Positions 18,452-29,058 of a stretch of 64,000 nucleotides of DNA are shown in pieces. Source of the stretch: Candidatus Calditenuaceae archaeon HR02 (GTDB taxonomy: Archaea; Thermoproteota; Nitrososphaeria_A; Caldarchaeales; Calditenuaceae); contig BEHE01000002.1 of the NCBI GenBank assembly GCA_002898395.1, positions 59,462 through 123,461 of the forward strand, read 5' to 3'. The notes below the pieces were generated by a model. It was not told the origin of the DNA. It was given only the letters and a program-made list of their open reading frames with translations, and made no database searches. Position numbers and translations under genes: made by a program. The number at the start of each line of letters is the position of its first letter. Within the stretch, counting starts at the first letter, position 1.

Positions 18452-19570
18452 TTAGCTCCTTTCTATAGCCCCTCGCGCGAGGCTGGCCCCCAAAACCAAG
18501 CTTTTCTCCTTCTTGAAGGCAACATCCCACCTCCTAGTTCTTAAGCCGCAGTCGTTGCAAGCTATAATTCGAGACGGGTCGTCAAGAACTCTAGCGGCGA
18601 AGATAAGCCTATCCCGCACCAGCTCCGGAGGCTCTATGTAATCTGAGTGCACATCTATTACGCCAGGAGCAATCATAAAGTTCGCCGAGTATTCCCTGAA
18701 GAGCCTCAGAGCCTCATAGCCGATCCTCTCACTCTGCCCTAGCCTCACCGTGTCTCTGTTTGCACACTCAATAGAGAGCTCATGTGTCTTGGCTTCGAGT
18801 ATGTGTGGGAATAGTAGGCGGTAATCGCTGTAGCAGATGTGGATTGTGAAGCGCGCGTTGATTCCCTTCACCACCTCATTAAACGCCTCCACGAATAGAC
18901 CTACCTCTCCGGGCTTAGTTGTGGCTGCAGGCTCATCAATCTGGATCCTATAGGCGCCATTCTCTACAAGCGACAGAACTACGGGCCTCACCACCTCCTT
19001 GGCCAGATCAAACACCATCTCTCTCTTCGCCTCTCTCTTCTTCTCTACTAGGCTCTCAGTAGGTCTAGCTTTTGCGATATAGTATTCGTCGAAGCTCCAG
19101 TCCGATAGAGTGTAGGGCCCGGTAATGGGGACCTTTAGCTCTCTCCGCGCGTGCTTCTTCGCGAACAGGAACTCAGAAACGTAGCTGTTCTCAACTAGTA
19201 GAGGCTTTGACCTTATCGCCGCCTTATTATATGTCTCTGCATCCCAAACCTTCACTTTCCCGAGAAACTCTACACCACGTACTTGTCTAAGCGCGTGTTC
19301 ATACATCTCAACCCTCTTCTGCTCACCATCCCAAACCACATCGAGCCCCGCAGCCTCGTGGAGGCGTATAGCATAGAGCGAGGCCCAATCCCGCAGCTCC
19401 TCTTGCGTATACTCTTTTCTTCTAAGCTTATCCACCAGCACTTCAAATCCCTCCACGCCTAACACCCTCCCCCAGTACTCCGCCTCAGATATCGCAATCT
19501 CGTCAAGCCTCTTTCGCAGAAAAGGAGCCCTCATCAGGCTTCCAACTTCTTGTGTGGGGAAGAGCTTCAC
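18452..19570 (-). CDS. metE: Cobalamin-independent methionine synthase, catalytic half (split MetE)
   Basis: TQEVGS, DGEQ.R, TGPYTL, IQIDEPA, Zn ligands HIC...E...DCGL. Confidence 0.92.
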   Translation of the reverse strand: MKLFPTQEVGSLMRAPFLRKRLDEIAISEAEYWGRVLGVEGFEVLVDKLRRKEYTQEELRDWASLYAIRLHEAAGLDVVWDGEQKRVEMYEHALRQVRGVEFLGKVKVWDAETYNKAAIRSKPLLVENSYVSEFLFAKKHARRELKVPITGPYTLSDWSFDEYYIAKARPTESLVEKKREAKREMVFDLAKEVVRPVVLSLVENGAYRIQIDEPAATTKPGEVGLFVEAFNEVVKGINARFTIHICYSDYRLLFPHILEAKTHELSIECANRDTVRLGQSERIGYEALRLFREYSANFMIAPGVIDVHSDYIEPPELVRDRLIFAARVLDDPSRIIACNDCGLRTRRWDVAFKKEKSLVLGASLARGAIERS

Positions 19571-20559
19571 GACATGCCACCTCTAAGAAGCCTGTAAGCA
19601 ACTGCAAGCCTCTCAACCTTCGCATCCGCCACACGCCTTGGTAGATACTCAAGATCGGTGTTGGTGGTTAAGTGGTATGACTTGGCATTCACGCACTCAA
19701 CCACGCTGGACAATATAGCCACTATTTCCTCATTGCTCTCAACGTAACTATTTCGCGCATCTATGCATCCAACAGCGAGAGCCCCCTCGAAGGAGTACCC
19801 CCTTATTTCCCCCGGATCGGTGGAGAAAGGGTCTATCCCCACAATATCGAGCGGAGCATCAAGTATCCATGGAAAAGCATTGGAGGCGTCGTGGAAGAAC
19901 AGATGGACCATAAGCAGCCCGCTGAATCCATTCTTTATCACCCTGAGGGCCTCTTTCACAGTCTCTACCTGGTCTATGTCAAGCCTATTCTCGACGAGGG
20001 ATGGAGCGCTTAGCTGAAGGAGCGCCGGCCCAGAGCCCTCAAGCGACCTCAATTCCTCCACAATTATCTCTGCAAAGTCTAAAACTAGGTCTTCCCATCT
20101 GTTATAGGATTGATTGATTGAGAGGCTATAGAATGTATAGGGCTCCGGGAGAATCAGTTTCCAATTAATCTCCTTTAACAGATCTGTGAAGACATATTTT
20201 TCAAGAATTCTAGTGGTTCTCGAGAGGTTTGATACTATTATTGGCCTCTTGTAGAAGAGGTTGTTGTCAAACCACCGCGTCAGTGGCCCCAACTTGACAC
20301 CCTCCAGGTGTTCTGCGAAGGGTCTTAGAATATCATGCCATAGGAGCTGCCCCTCAGCTATATAGGTCATGCCCAGCCGCCTCTGCATCTCAATAACCGC
20401 AGAGGCCTCACGCCGCGCCAGACCAACTACACTGTCGTAAGACTCCCTCCCCTCCGCCAGCCGCCTAAAAGCCATAATCAGCTCCTCAGACCTCGGCATC
20501 ACACCACCTAAGTGACATGCATCTACCTCCAACACCAAGCTATAATACACCCACTCCAA
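19567..20559 (-). CDS. MetE N-terminal-like half (split MetE partner)
   Basis: GQLLWHD, TRWFDNNLFYKRP, G.IDARN; no Zn ligands; 4-bp overlap with the catalytic half. Confidence 0.88.
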   Translation of the reverse strand: MEWVYYSLVLEVDACHLGGVMPRSEELIMAFRRLAEGRESYDSVVGLARREASAVIEMQRRLGMTYIAEGQLLWHDILRPFAEHLEGVKLGPLTRWFDNNLFYKRPIIVSNLSRTTRILEKYVFTDLLKEINWKLILPEPYTFYSLSINQSYNRWEDLVLDFAEIIVEELRSLEGSGPALLQLSAPSLVENRLDIDQVETVKEALRVIKNGFSGLLMVHLFFHDASNAFPWILDAPLDIVGIDPFSTDPGEIRGYSFEGALAVGCIDARNSYVESNEEIVAILSSVVECVNAKSYHLTTNTDLEYLPRRVADAKVERLAVAYRLLRGGMS

Positions 20560-20630
20560 AGCCGTAATAAAGGTGTTACACGCGGGTAATCCTCTTATCT
20601 TAGCCGGCCAACAATAAACGGTGCTGAATC

Positions 20631-22088
20631 ATGGGCGACTCTAACAGAGACGTAGCCGCTTTTTATGCTAGCTGTAAGGAGGCGGCGGACTATATTCGAG
20701 AAGAGGTGAATCGCGGCGCGGAGATACTTGTCGCCGGACACAACGATGCAGATGGATTATCCTCGATAGGGGTTGTGGCTGGTGGGCTACTAGATCTCGG
20801 AGCCAAGTTTATCGCGAGGAGTGTTTTTAGGCTTGAGGAGTTTATAGAAGTGATGGGTGAACATAATGGCAGAATGATTATCCTCGTGGACATGGGTAGC
20901 GGCAGTATAGGTGAGCTTAGGAGCATTTTCGAGGAGGCGAAGCTCGTTATAATTGATCACCACCAGCCTGACCAGGCGGCTGTGGAGGGGTGGAAACATG
21001 TTAACCCCCACCTATTCGGTATTGACGGAGAGTCTGAGGTGAGCGCGGCAGGTGTTGCATACCTCGTGATGAGGAATATAGTCCCTAATCCCCAGAGATA
21101 TGCCCCCCTGGCAGTAGTTGGGAGCCTCGGAGACCTTCAAGACAAGGGGGAGAAGAGGAGACTGGTCGGGTTAAACGAGGAGATCGTCTCAGAAGCAGTC
21201 AAGGGATCACATCTCAGGGTCAGGGAAGACTTCATCCTCTATGGTAGAGAGTCCAAGCCTATACACCAGGCATTAGCTGGCACTCAGAGCCCATACCTCC
21301 CAGGCCTCAGCGGGGACGAGGCCGCGTGTCTCTCACTCGTCATGGAAGCTGGAATAGAAGTGCAGGATGGGGATAAGTGGCGGACAATCGCTGACTTGGC
21401 TGAGGAGGAGAAGAGCCGGCTCTATAACGCGATAGTCTCCTATCTTGTGAAGAATAACCAGCCAATAGAGCCTGTCAAAGATTTGATTGGGACTGTATAT
21501 GAGCTGGTTAACGAAAGTGCCTCGTCAGGTCTCAGGGATGCTAGGGAGTATTCACAGCTTCTGAATGCATGTGGTAAGACGAATAACTCTTGGCTTGGAG
21601 TCGCGGTTGCCATGGGGTATAGGGGCTGGGTCCTCAAAGAGGCGCAGAAGGTTGTGGAGCAGTACAGGGCAATGCTGAAGAAGAGCCTTGACTTTGCCTC
21701 AAAAAATCTGGAGCAGATGTACCACATAATGGTCCTTCGTGTGGGGCCTGAAATAGACGTCCGGCAAGTTAGCTCTGTGGCCTCTATTCTCTCGTCTTCA
21801 AAACTCATACCGGCTGATAAGCCCCTAATAGTGGTAGGCCAAGAGGGTGGTATTGTTAAGATTTCAGCTCGCGCCTCACCAAGACTAGTCTCTCTGGGCC
21901 TGAACCTAGGCGCAGTCATGAGGGAAGCCGCCTCAAAGTTTGCCGGGCGGGGCGGGGGCCACAGGATAGCAGCCGGAGCCGAAATACCTGCAGAAAGGCT
22001 GACGCTCTTTCTACTCGAGGTTGACAGACTTATCGGGGAGGCTCTCTCCCACGTTAATACTCAGATAACACTGGATGATGATTCTTGA
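20631..22088 (+). CDS. DHH/DHHA1 RecJ-like phosphoesterase
   Basis: HNDADG, DMGSG, IDHH, GGGH..AAG; upstream of pcc1-rps3ae as in many archaea. Confidence 0.93.
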   Translation: MGDSNRDVAAFYASCKEAADYIREEVNRGAEILVAGHNDADGLSSIGVVAGGLLDLGAKFIARSVFRLEEFIEVMGEHNGRMIILVDMGSGSIGELRSIFEEAKLVIIDHHQPDQAAVEGWKHVNPHLFGIDGESEVSAAGVAYLVMRNIVPNPQRYAPLAVVGSLGDLQDKGEKRRLVGLNEEIVSEAVKGSHLRVREDFILYGRESKPIHQALAGTQSPYLPGLSGDEAACLSLVMEAGIEVQDGDKWRTIADLAEEEKSRLYNAIVSYLVKNNQPIEPVKDLIGTVYELVNESASSGLRDAREYSQLLNACGKTNNSWLGVAVAMGYRGWVLKEAQKVVEQYRAMLKKSLDFASKNLEQMYHIMVLRVGPEIDVRQVSSVASILSSSKLIPADKPLIVVGQEGGIVKISARASPRLVSLGLNLGAVMREAASKFAGRGGGHRIAAGAEIPAERLTLFLLEVDRLIGEALSHVNTQITLDDDS

Positions 22089-22360
22089 GGCACGAGGCTA
22101 TTCTTGTTGTAAGGTTTTGCAGCGCAGCCGAGGCAGAGATAGCTGAGCGTTCTCTCGCCCCTGATAATCATCCCCTACCACCGTATCTGAACCTCGGCGT
22201 AGAGAGAAGGGGAGAGAATCTGGTTTATAAAGTCGCATGCAACGACAGACCTCTTCAAACCCTCCTCTCAACACTAGATGACATACTGCGGGCGCTCCTA
22301 ATAGTTGAGCCCATCATATGTGAGAATAGAGGGGAGGATGCTGAGCGGCGCCGCGTGTGA
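22085..22360 (+). CDS. pcc1: KEOPS complex subunit Pcc1
   Basis: SLAPDN, L.STLDD.LR; size and synteny. Confidence 0.85.
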   Translation: MRHEAILVVRFCSAAEAEIAERSLAPDNHPLPPYLNLGVERRGENLVYKVACNDRPLQTLLSTLDDILRALLIVEPIICENRGEDAERRRV

Positions 22361-22407
22361 CGTTATATTTAAAATGTTGATTAGGCGCTAAAGGGTGAAG
22401 AGCAGGG

Positions 22408-23025
22408 ATGTCGTCAAAGGCTGCGAAGAAAGGAGAGAAGGCCGAGTACGTGATTAAGGCACCCCCCTACTTCGCTGAAAGGACACTAGGAATAACCAGC
22501 AGCGATGACCCCAAAAAGCTACTGAACAGGACGGTGAAAACCAGCCTCTATACACTAACAGACGACCCAACAAAACAGTACATCTTGGTCAAGTTTCAGA
22601 TCGTAAATGTTGACGGCAATGTAGCAGAGACCATCTTTTATGGACATGAATATGATAGAGAATTTCTCAGGAGCCTTGTGAGACGCGGTACAAGCAAGAT
22701 AGACGGGTACTATAACGTTGAGACGAGAGATGGGTATAGGCTGAGGGTTCAATGTACGGTATTTACCCATAACAGGGTAAGGTCTGGGAAGAAGACGTCT
22801 ATCCGGCACATCATGAGAGAGGTGGTTGAAGCCTCGGCTAAAAAGCTTGAACTGGGACAGTTTGCGCAGGAGATTGTGCTAGGTAAGACCGCTTCAGACA
22901 TCTACAACGCCGTCAAGAAGATTCTTCTCCCCCGGCATGTGGGAGTAGTTAAAACGAAGGTCCTCGCAAAGCCTCAACTTTCGGCAGCTGACAAGGGACT
23001 AGCCGCTGGACAACCCCAATCCTAA
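22408..23025 (+). CDS. rps3ae: 30S ribosomal protein S3Ae (eS1)
   Basis: APPYF, GHEY.REFLRSLVRRGTSKID, TRDGY.LR. Confidence 0.96.
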   Translation: MSSKAAKKGEKAEYVIKAPPYFAERTLGITSSDDPKKLLNRTVKTSLYTLTDDPTKQYILVKFQIVNVDGNVAETIFYGHEYDREFLRSLVRRGTSKIDGYYNVETRDGYRLRVQCTVFTHNRVRSGKKTSIRHIMREVVEASAKKLELGQFAQEIVLGKTASDIYNAVKKILLPRHVGVVKTKVLAKPQLSAADKGLAAGQPQS

Positions 23026-23408
23026 GGGCTTACACCGTCCCTATCGCTGGAGACTCCGTGGTGGCGCTTCCTGTGATACGCCCTTAGATAGTAGCCCTCC
23101 TCTCTCAGGGGCCCGAAACTCCTCACGCCCTTCTCATAGACCTGTCTCTTCAGCCTCTCTGACTCCTCCTCCGTGATCTCTCCCCTCTTCTTTAGAAACT
23201 CTATCACTTGTATTGCCTCTTCCTCTGTTGCGCACCTCATTAGGTAGTCCTCTGGGCCAGGCATGAAGCCCCTGAGCGGCTCCCCCTCCATCTCTACGCT
23301 AGAGTCTTCTAGGCTTGTGCTAGGTTGTTCGAGCTCGTCAGATAGGGCTGGGAAGAGCCTCTTAAAGTCGCGCTTGTCCCAAGGGATCACTAGGCCTCTA
23401 TCAAGCAT
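23022..23408 (-). CDS. DUF2095-like archaeal protein
   Basis: FKRLFPALSDELE, RCATEEEA..VI.FL.KRGEI, GVRSFG..REEGYY. Confidence 0.85.
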   Translation of the reverse strand: MLDRGLVIPWDKRDFKRLFPALSDELEQPSTSLEDSSVEMEGEPLRGFMPGPEDYLMRCATEEEAIQVIEFLKKRGEITEEESERLKRQVYEKGVRSFGPLREEGYYLRAYHRKRHHGVSSDRDGVSP

Positions 23409-23448
23409 ATGCTTCCCGATATTTAAGCAGAGGGGTCTGCCACGGGAT

Positions 23449-24132
23449 CTAATCCCCTATACGCGGCCCACTGGTTTTCAGCCTCTCATAGAGGTCGTAG
23501 AACTTGAGGTCTTTCTGTACCCTCTCCCTCGCCTCGTTTGGATACACTCCCTTAACTCTGCCTTCCTCAAGTAGGGCTATCTCATCCGCTACTAGGAGCG
23601 CCTCGAGCGGGTCGTGGGTCACATATAATATTGGGGTCTCGAGGATTCTGATCAAGTTGAGTACCTGCTTCTTGTTAAGCCAGTCAAGGTTAGCGCAGGG
23701 CTCATCCATTAGGAGGGCTTCAGGATTCTTCAGAAGGACTGTTGCGATGGTGAGTATCTGAGTCTCTCCAAGCGACAGGTTCCTCTTCCCTACGAGGGGT
23801 TCGAGCCCTAGCTTGGATATGAGGGGCCTATAGTCTGTGCCATGTAGCTTGGAAAAGTATTCCAGCTGGTCGCGGGGGCTCATGGCCAGCCTAACTACTC
23901 TCTGTGGGACATAACCTAACGGCCTATCCTCCACTGCTAGGTCGGAGATGTCGCGCCCATTGACGATTATTCTTCCATTAGCCGGTCTGATTAAACCCAT
24001 AATGGCCTTAAGCAATGTTGATTTTCCAGCACCGTTCCTCCCCAGCAGAACTGTCTTTGACCTCACCTTTAACAGCCCAATTTCAAGCCTCCAATCCCCC
24101 CTAACTATGACGAGGTCACGTACTTCCAGCAC
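23449..24132 (-). CDS. Molybdate/tungstate ABC transporter ATPase (WtpC/ModC-like)
   Basis: GRNGAGKST, LSLGE, LMDEP, YVTHD; operon context. Confidence 0.85.
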   Translation of the reverse strand: MLEVRDLVIVRGDWRLEIGLLKVRSKTVLLGRNGAGKSTLLKAIMGLIRPANGRIIVNGRDISDLAVEDRPLGYVPQRVVRLAMSPRDQLEYFSKLHGTDYRPLISKLGLEPLVGKRNLSLGETQILTIATVLLKNPEALLMDEPCANLDWLNKKQVLNLIRILETPILYVTHDPLEALLVADEIALLEEGRVKGVYPNEARERVQKDLKFYDLYERLKTSGPRIGD

Positions 24133-24814
24133 GCTCCAACACCAACGTAACCAGAGTCAGCATCATAGCGACCGCTAAGAGCACTAGGGAGGCGGAGACG
24201 ACCGCTGTTGGACCGCTCCTGAGGAACTCCTCGAAGATGTATACACCCACCGTCTGTGGTCTCTGCGCCACGATGAGGAAGACGCCCAGCTCGGAGAAAG
24301 CTCTAAACCACGATAATAGCGCCGCGAGAAGGACACTCGTGGGGGATGCTCTGAGGTAGAACCACTGCAGCCTCATGCCCCTCACACCCATACTTCTCAA
24401 GAACTCCTCCAGCTCGACCCCCTGGGCCGCAAACGAAGCCCTCATAACTCCGACCCCGATGGGCAGCGACACAACAAACATTCCGAGAACAATTGAGGTG
24501 GCAGTATCTGTTATCTTGAGGCTAAAGACTATTGGGGCTAGTAGTATTCCAATGGCGGTGTGTGGGATAGCGGTGGAGAACAGTATTAGGGGCGTCATGT
24601 AGCTGCCTGAGGGCCTGAATGCGAGGGCGAAACCCACTATGAAGGATACCGGTAGGACTATGAGTGAGGACGCTGTCGCGTATGTTGCGGTGGATGCGAC
24701 GATCCGGAAGAAACTGGACGAAGGAGCGGCACCAAACATTACTACTGCTGGCAACGACAGTAGTAGAAAATATGCAACGGAGACTATAACTGCGATGAGA
24801 AGTATTCTATCCAT
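24116..24814 (-). CDS. Molybdate/tungstate ABC permease (WtpB/ModB-like)
   Basis: IPHTAIG, FVVSLP, WFRAFSELG..LIVA. Confidence 0.88.
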   Translation of the reverse strand: MDRILLIAVIVSVAYFLLLSLPAVVMFGAAPSSSFFRIVASTATYATASSLIVLPVSFIVGFALAFRPSGSYMTPLILFSTAIPHTAIGILLAPIVFSLKITDTATSIVLGMFVVSLPIGVGVMRASFAAQGVELEEFLRSMGVRGMRLQWFYLRASPTSVLLAALLSWFRAFSELGVFLIVAQRPQTVGVYIFEEFLRSGPTAVVSASLVLLAVAMMLTLVTLVLERAGST

Positions 24815-25676
24815 GGCTCCTCCATAAACCATATTTTTCTAAGTCTATCTGCTCGATTTTATCAAGTAAGTCATCTCCTATGGGAGTGAATGAAGCGGCA
24901 AATGCGCGAAACGCCTTAACCTCGATGGAGCCAGATTGAGTGATGGCTACGAACTTTAGTGGAGGATCCTGAAGAAATGTTATCTCGCCCGGCAACTCTA
25001 TTATCTTGAAACGGACGATATAACCCCTCGCGACTACAAAAGGCGAGTGGGCAAAGATACAGTCAACCGCCCCACCCTCAAGCAATGCGGCTACACCCGC
25101 TAAGTCGTCCCGCGCTGTGAATCGCCCCCTTGCCTCGAAGCTGCGGACATCGATCCAGACGCTGCGGTCGGAATAGTTGTGAATATAACTGATATTGAGA
25201 CTTCGGCTCACCTCTTCGAGCGCGACTAACTTATATTTAGTGCCAAGCAAGTAAATTGCGGCTAATGATCTGTAGCCTATGGGCGCGAAGTTGGGGTTGG
25301 CTAAGCCTAGGTTGACTTGCCCAAGGTCATTAAGCGTATAGTCCTCCCTACAGACTAATAGAAGCCTGAAGTATCCCAGATCCAAGACTCTGCGGGGCTG
25401 GATAAACTTCAAGAGCTCCCAGTCCACGCTAAGGAAGACATCCGGCACATTACCAGACTGAATCAGCCTAATCCCCAGCACACTACCTATCGTTCGCACG
25501 TCAACCAAGTCAGACCCATAGAGGTTCGCAGCATCCTTAGCCACCCCCACCAAGGTAGGAGCCGTGAAAACGGTAACACGCCCCCTATCGCCTAACGGAT
25601 TTAAAAAAAGAAATGCTGTGACAATCACAGCTACAACAACCGCAGTTACTATTGACGGTAGCGTAAATTTACTCAT
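24807..25676 (-). CDS. Molybdate/tungstate ABC substrate-binding protein (WtpA/ModA-like)
   Basis: N-terminal anchor, GSV, PDVFLSVD, NPNFAPIGYR, LEGGAVD. Confidence 0.85.
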   Translation of the reverse strand: MSKFTLPSIVTAVVVAVIVTAFLFLNPLGDRGRVTVFTAPTLVGVAKDAANLYGSDLVDVRTIGSVLGIRLIQSGNVPDVFLSVDWELLKFIQPRRVLDLGYFRLLLVCREDYTLNDLGQVNLGLANPNFAPIGYRSLAAIYLLGTKYKLVALEEVSRSLNISYIHNYSDRSVWIDVRSFEARGRFTARDDLAGVAALLEGGAVDCIFAHSPFVVARGYIVRFKIIELPGEITFLQDPPLKFVAITQSGSIEVKAFRAFAASFTPIGDDLLDKIEQIDLEKYGLWRSHG

Positions 25677-25736
25677 CACCTGGCTTACCTCTCTTATACA
25701 GTATTTAAATATGTGCAGCATAATACTCAACGATAC

Positions 25737-26300
25737 ATGTCGGTAACCGAAGTTCGTGGTGGAAAGGTGGTTTTGAAGCTTGACAGAGACAACTACATGA
25801 GCGTTGGGCTACAATACTTCGAGCTACTTGATGGTGTGAGGAGGTATGGGACTCTAAGCAAGGCGTGCCGTGAGGTAGGTGTGACTCTCAAGACTGGCTC
25901 GAAATGGATTCGCCTCCTAGAGTCTCGGCTTGGAGTTAAACTCGTGGAGGTGAGGAAGGGGGGCAAGGGTGGTGGTGGAAGCGCACTGACTGAGCATGCT
26001 TACAGGCTTCTTGAGAGCTATTATTCCGCTAGGACTGTTACTAGGCCAGGCTTCATAACCACCTTCATAGAAAGCTTATTGAGCGCGCGTAACATCTTGA
26101 GGTGCAGGATCAGGCGTGTTCAGAGAGCAGAGGTGTTGAGCCTGCTTGAGCTGGATCTGGAGCCTGGCCAGGCTTTGAAGGCGGTAGTTACGACACAGAG
26201 TGTTGATAGACTGAACATCCATGAGGGAGGGGAGATCCTTGCAATAATTAAGGCTACTGAGGTCCTAGTCGCATCGAAAGACCTTATACGAATCAGATAA
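25737..26300 (+). CDS. ModE-family regulator (wHTH + TOBE)
   Basis: GTLSKAC, KGGKGGGGSALT, SARN, TTQSVDRL, IKATEV; divergent from the transporter. Confidence 0.92.
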   Translation: MSVTEVRGGKVVLKLDRDNYMSVGLQYFELLDGVRRYGTLSKACREVGVTLKTGSKWIRLLESRLGVKLVEVRKGGKGGGGSALTEHAYRLLESYYSARTVTRPGFITTFIESLLSARNILRCRIRRVQRAEVLSLLELDLEPGQALKAVVTTQSVDRLNIHEGGEILAIIKATEVLVASKDLIRIR

Positions 26301-26305
26301 TTTCC

Positions 26306-28078
26306 TCACGCAGGCACCTCGGCCTTTAACGCCCCAATCTCCGACCTTATCTCTGTCTCCAGCTCGTCGAACTTCTCAAGCTCGTCGTTTCTCACCATGT
26401 ATTTTGCCCTCAGAATCTTTGTAATGACCTTGAGCGCGCGTATGTCCTCAATCTTCACTCCCCTGCTTATGGCTGCGAGTGCTTGCTCATAGAAGTTGAC
26501 AAACATCTTTAGCATCTTAAACTGTTTCTGCGGGTTACAGTAGGAGTCTACTTCGTCGTATGCGCTCTGTTGTAGGAATCCCTCCCTGATCATCCTCGCA
26601 ACATCAAGGATGAGGTTTTCTTCATCCGCGAGTGCTTCGGGGCCCAGTAGCCTCACTAGCTCGAGCAACTCCTCCTCCCTCCTCAGAATACTATATAACT
26701 TGGCCCTCGCATCATACCAGTCTCCGCCTATCTTGCTCCACCACTCCGCGACGGTGTCAACGTATGCGGAGTAGCTCATTATCCAGTTTATAGCCGGGTA
26801 GTGTCTTGTATATGCGAGGTTGGGATCTAGCGCCCAGAAGACCCTCACAAACCGGAGCGTATGTGTAGTGACAGGCTCTGTGAAGTCTCCGCCAGGCGGC
26901 GAGACAGCCCCGACTATGGTGAGGCTTCCAACCCTACTTGGCTCACCGAGGACCTCAACCCGTCCTGCCCGCTCATAAAACTCCGCAAGCCGGCTTGCCA
27001 GATAGCTGGGATACCCCTCCTCGGCGGGCATCTCCTCTAACCGCCCGCTAATCTCCCTCAGAGCCTCGGCCCACCTACTCGTCGAGTCGGCCACTAGCAA
27101 GACATCATACCCCATGTCCCTATAATACTCGGCCAGGGCAGCACCGGTGTAGATGCTGGCCTCCCTAGCCGAGACGGGCATATTGCTGGTGTTAGCTATT
27201 AGAACAGTCCTCTCCATAAGAGGCCTGCCGGTATGAGGGTCTGTCAAATGTGGAAACTCCTTTAGAACCTCAGCCTCCTCATTTCCCCGCTCACCACACC
27301 CGATGTGAAGTATAACTTTCGCATCGCTCCACTTAGCTAGCTGGTGCAGCGTGACTGTCTTCCCAGTACCGAAGGCTCCTGGTATACATCCAGTCCCACC
27401 CTTGGCCATTGGGAAGAGAATATCTAGGACCCGCTGACCAGTTATTAGGGGGACGACTGGGTCGAGCCTCCTCTTTATTGGCCGTGGGGTTCTCACGGGC
27501 CACCTATGCATCATCGATACAACCACTTTTCCGTCCTTACCCTCCACTTCAGCTACGGTCTCCTGAACCGTATACTCACCCTCCGGCGCAACATACCTTA
27601 CCGTTCCCGGCTTACCGTCCGGCGGAATCATTATGAATGTCTTGATAAGGGGCGTTTCCTCAACCTCGCCTATCACGGTCCCAGGCTCCGCCTGTGCGCC
27701 CACCTTGATCAAGGGTTTAAACCGCCACTTCTTATCTAACGGGATGCTCGGAACGGATACACCCCTCTTCACAAAGGCACCGACTTGTTGAGCTATTCTA
27801 TCGAGTGGCCTCTGAACACCGTCGTAGATACTACCTATTACTCCGGGTCCGAGTGTGACGGAGAGGGGGCCGCCCGTGCCTATGACGGGCTCCTCAGGCG
27901 CTAATCCAGAGGTATTCTCATATACCTGCACATAGGCGTTGTCTCCGCTAAGTCTGATGACCTCGCCCACCAGCTTCTCCTCACCCACATAGACCATTTC
28001 ATACATCTTAGCGCCTGTCATGCCTCCCGCCTTAACCGTTGGACCGGATATCCAGAGGATCTTCCCCTTAACAGGCAT
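26306..28078 (-). CDS. atpA: A/V-type ATP synthase subunit A
   Basis: [49 protein letters not shown]; no intein. Confidence 0.98.
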   Translation of the reverse strand: MPVKGKILWISGPTVKAGGMTGAKMYEMVYVGEEKLVGEVIRLSGDNAYVQVYENTSGLAPEEPVIGTGGPLSVTLGPGVIGSIYDGVQRPLDRIAQQVGAFVKRGVSVPSIPLDKKWRFKPLIKVGAQAEPGTVIGEVEETPLIKTFIMIPPDGKPGTVRYVAPEGEYTVQETVAEVEGKDGKVVVSMMHRWPVRTPRPIKRRLDPVVPLITGQRVLDILFPMAKGGTGCIPGAFGTGKTVTLHQLAKWSDAKVILHIGCGERGNEEAEVLKEFPHLTDPHTGRPLMERTVLIANTSNMPVSAREASIYTGAALAEYYRDMGYDVLLVADSTSRWAEALREISGRLEEMPAEEGYPSYLASRLAEFYERAGRVEVLGEPSRVGSLTIVGAVSPPGGDFTEPVTTHTLRFVRVFWALDPNLAYTRHYPAINWIMSYSAYVDTVAEWWSKIGGDWYDARAKLYSILRREEELLELVRLLGPEALADEENLILDVARMIREGFLQQSAYDEVDSYCNPQKQFKMLKMFVNFYEQALAAISRGVKIEDIRALKVITKILRAKYMVRNDELEKFDELETEIRSEIGALKAEVPA

Positions 28079-28125
28079 AACTAATGGTCACAGCATCCAT
28101 CCAGCTAAAAAACTTTGACTATCTA

Positions 28126-28734
28126 TCATGATGAGAGAAGCCGCTTGATTATTTCACCACGTATTTCCTCGCGCATCCTCTCAAGCCTAGCCTCGACAGT
28201 ATTATCATATATCATAGACCCGTCCCCTCTAATCACCCTAACCCCACCTACACTATCCAGCGAGTTCTCCGATAACCTAATTTTTACACCCAGCTCCTTT
28301 CCCAGCTCTCTTGCAAGCTCCCTAACCTGCTGCTGATCCTCTCTCGCACACTCAACCACGACTTCATCACTCCCCACAACCTCTAGGGCCTCCCTCAGAA
28401 GGGCCCTGAGGGCCTGACGATACTCGCCGCTCCTCTTTAGAGATGGTATTCGGTCCATGGCCTCCTTGACGATTGTATTGACGCATTGCTCAACCGACTC
28501 CAAGTATTCGCGCCTGGCCTCAAGCATAGCCTGGCTGACAAGTCTCATTCTCAAGGCATTAGACTCCCTCTGAATAGACTGTGAAGCAATGGCCGCCTGT
28601 TTGCTAAGCTCATCAGCACCATCCCTAAGCCGCCTCAAACCCTCTTCCTCAATCTCCCTGATCTTCGCCCTGAACTCCGCCAAGGAATCCTCAACAACAC
28701 TCCTCAAAACATCCTCAAGCTTCATCGGAGGCAT
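28126..28734 (-). CDS. atpE: A/V-type ATP synthase subunit E
   Basis: Helical N-terminus; GGVRV..DGSMIYDNTVEARL. Confidence 0.92.
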   Translation of the reverse strand: MPPMKLEDVLRSVVEDSLAEFRAKIREIEEEGLRRLRDGADELSKQAAIASQSIQRESNALRMRLVSQAMLEARREYLESVEQCVNTIVKEAMDRIPSLKRSGEYRQALRALLREALEVVGSDEVVVECAREDQQQVRELARELGKELGVKIRLSENSLDSVGGVRVIRGDGSMIYDNTVEARLERMREEIRGEIIKRLLSS

Positions 28735-28761
28735 AACCCATCAACCGCTCAGCCCGGCACG

Positions 28762-29058
28762 TTAAATACCTAATATCCTTCTAAGCATCGCCCTGTAGTC
28801 TACTTCAGAGGGCTTTTCACCCGGCCTCGGGAGAAGGTAGACGACGGGTTTAGGTAGGGTGGAGCTGAGTTGACTGACCTTGCTGGCAAACTCGGGGCCA
28901 TATTCATCGCTCACAAGTATCAGGCCGACATCGGGGTCCCTAGAAAGCTCTTGAATGATCCTCAGAGCCTCTCGCCCCTCCTCCACAACCACACCCCCCA
29001 TACCCGCAATCCGGAATGCTGCGACGAATAGCTTGCCGCCCACAGCCACTGCCCTCAT
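28762..29058 (-). CDS. atpF: A/V-type ATP synthase subunit F
   Basis: AVAVG....AFRIAG, DVGLILV, C-terminal RRILGI. Confidence 0.92.
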   Translation of the reverse strand: MRAVAVGGKLFVAAFRIAGMGGVVVEEGREALRIIQELSRDPDVGLILVSDEYGPEFASKVSQLSSTLPKPVVYLLPRPGEKPSEVDYRAMLRRILGI

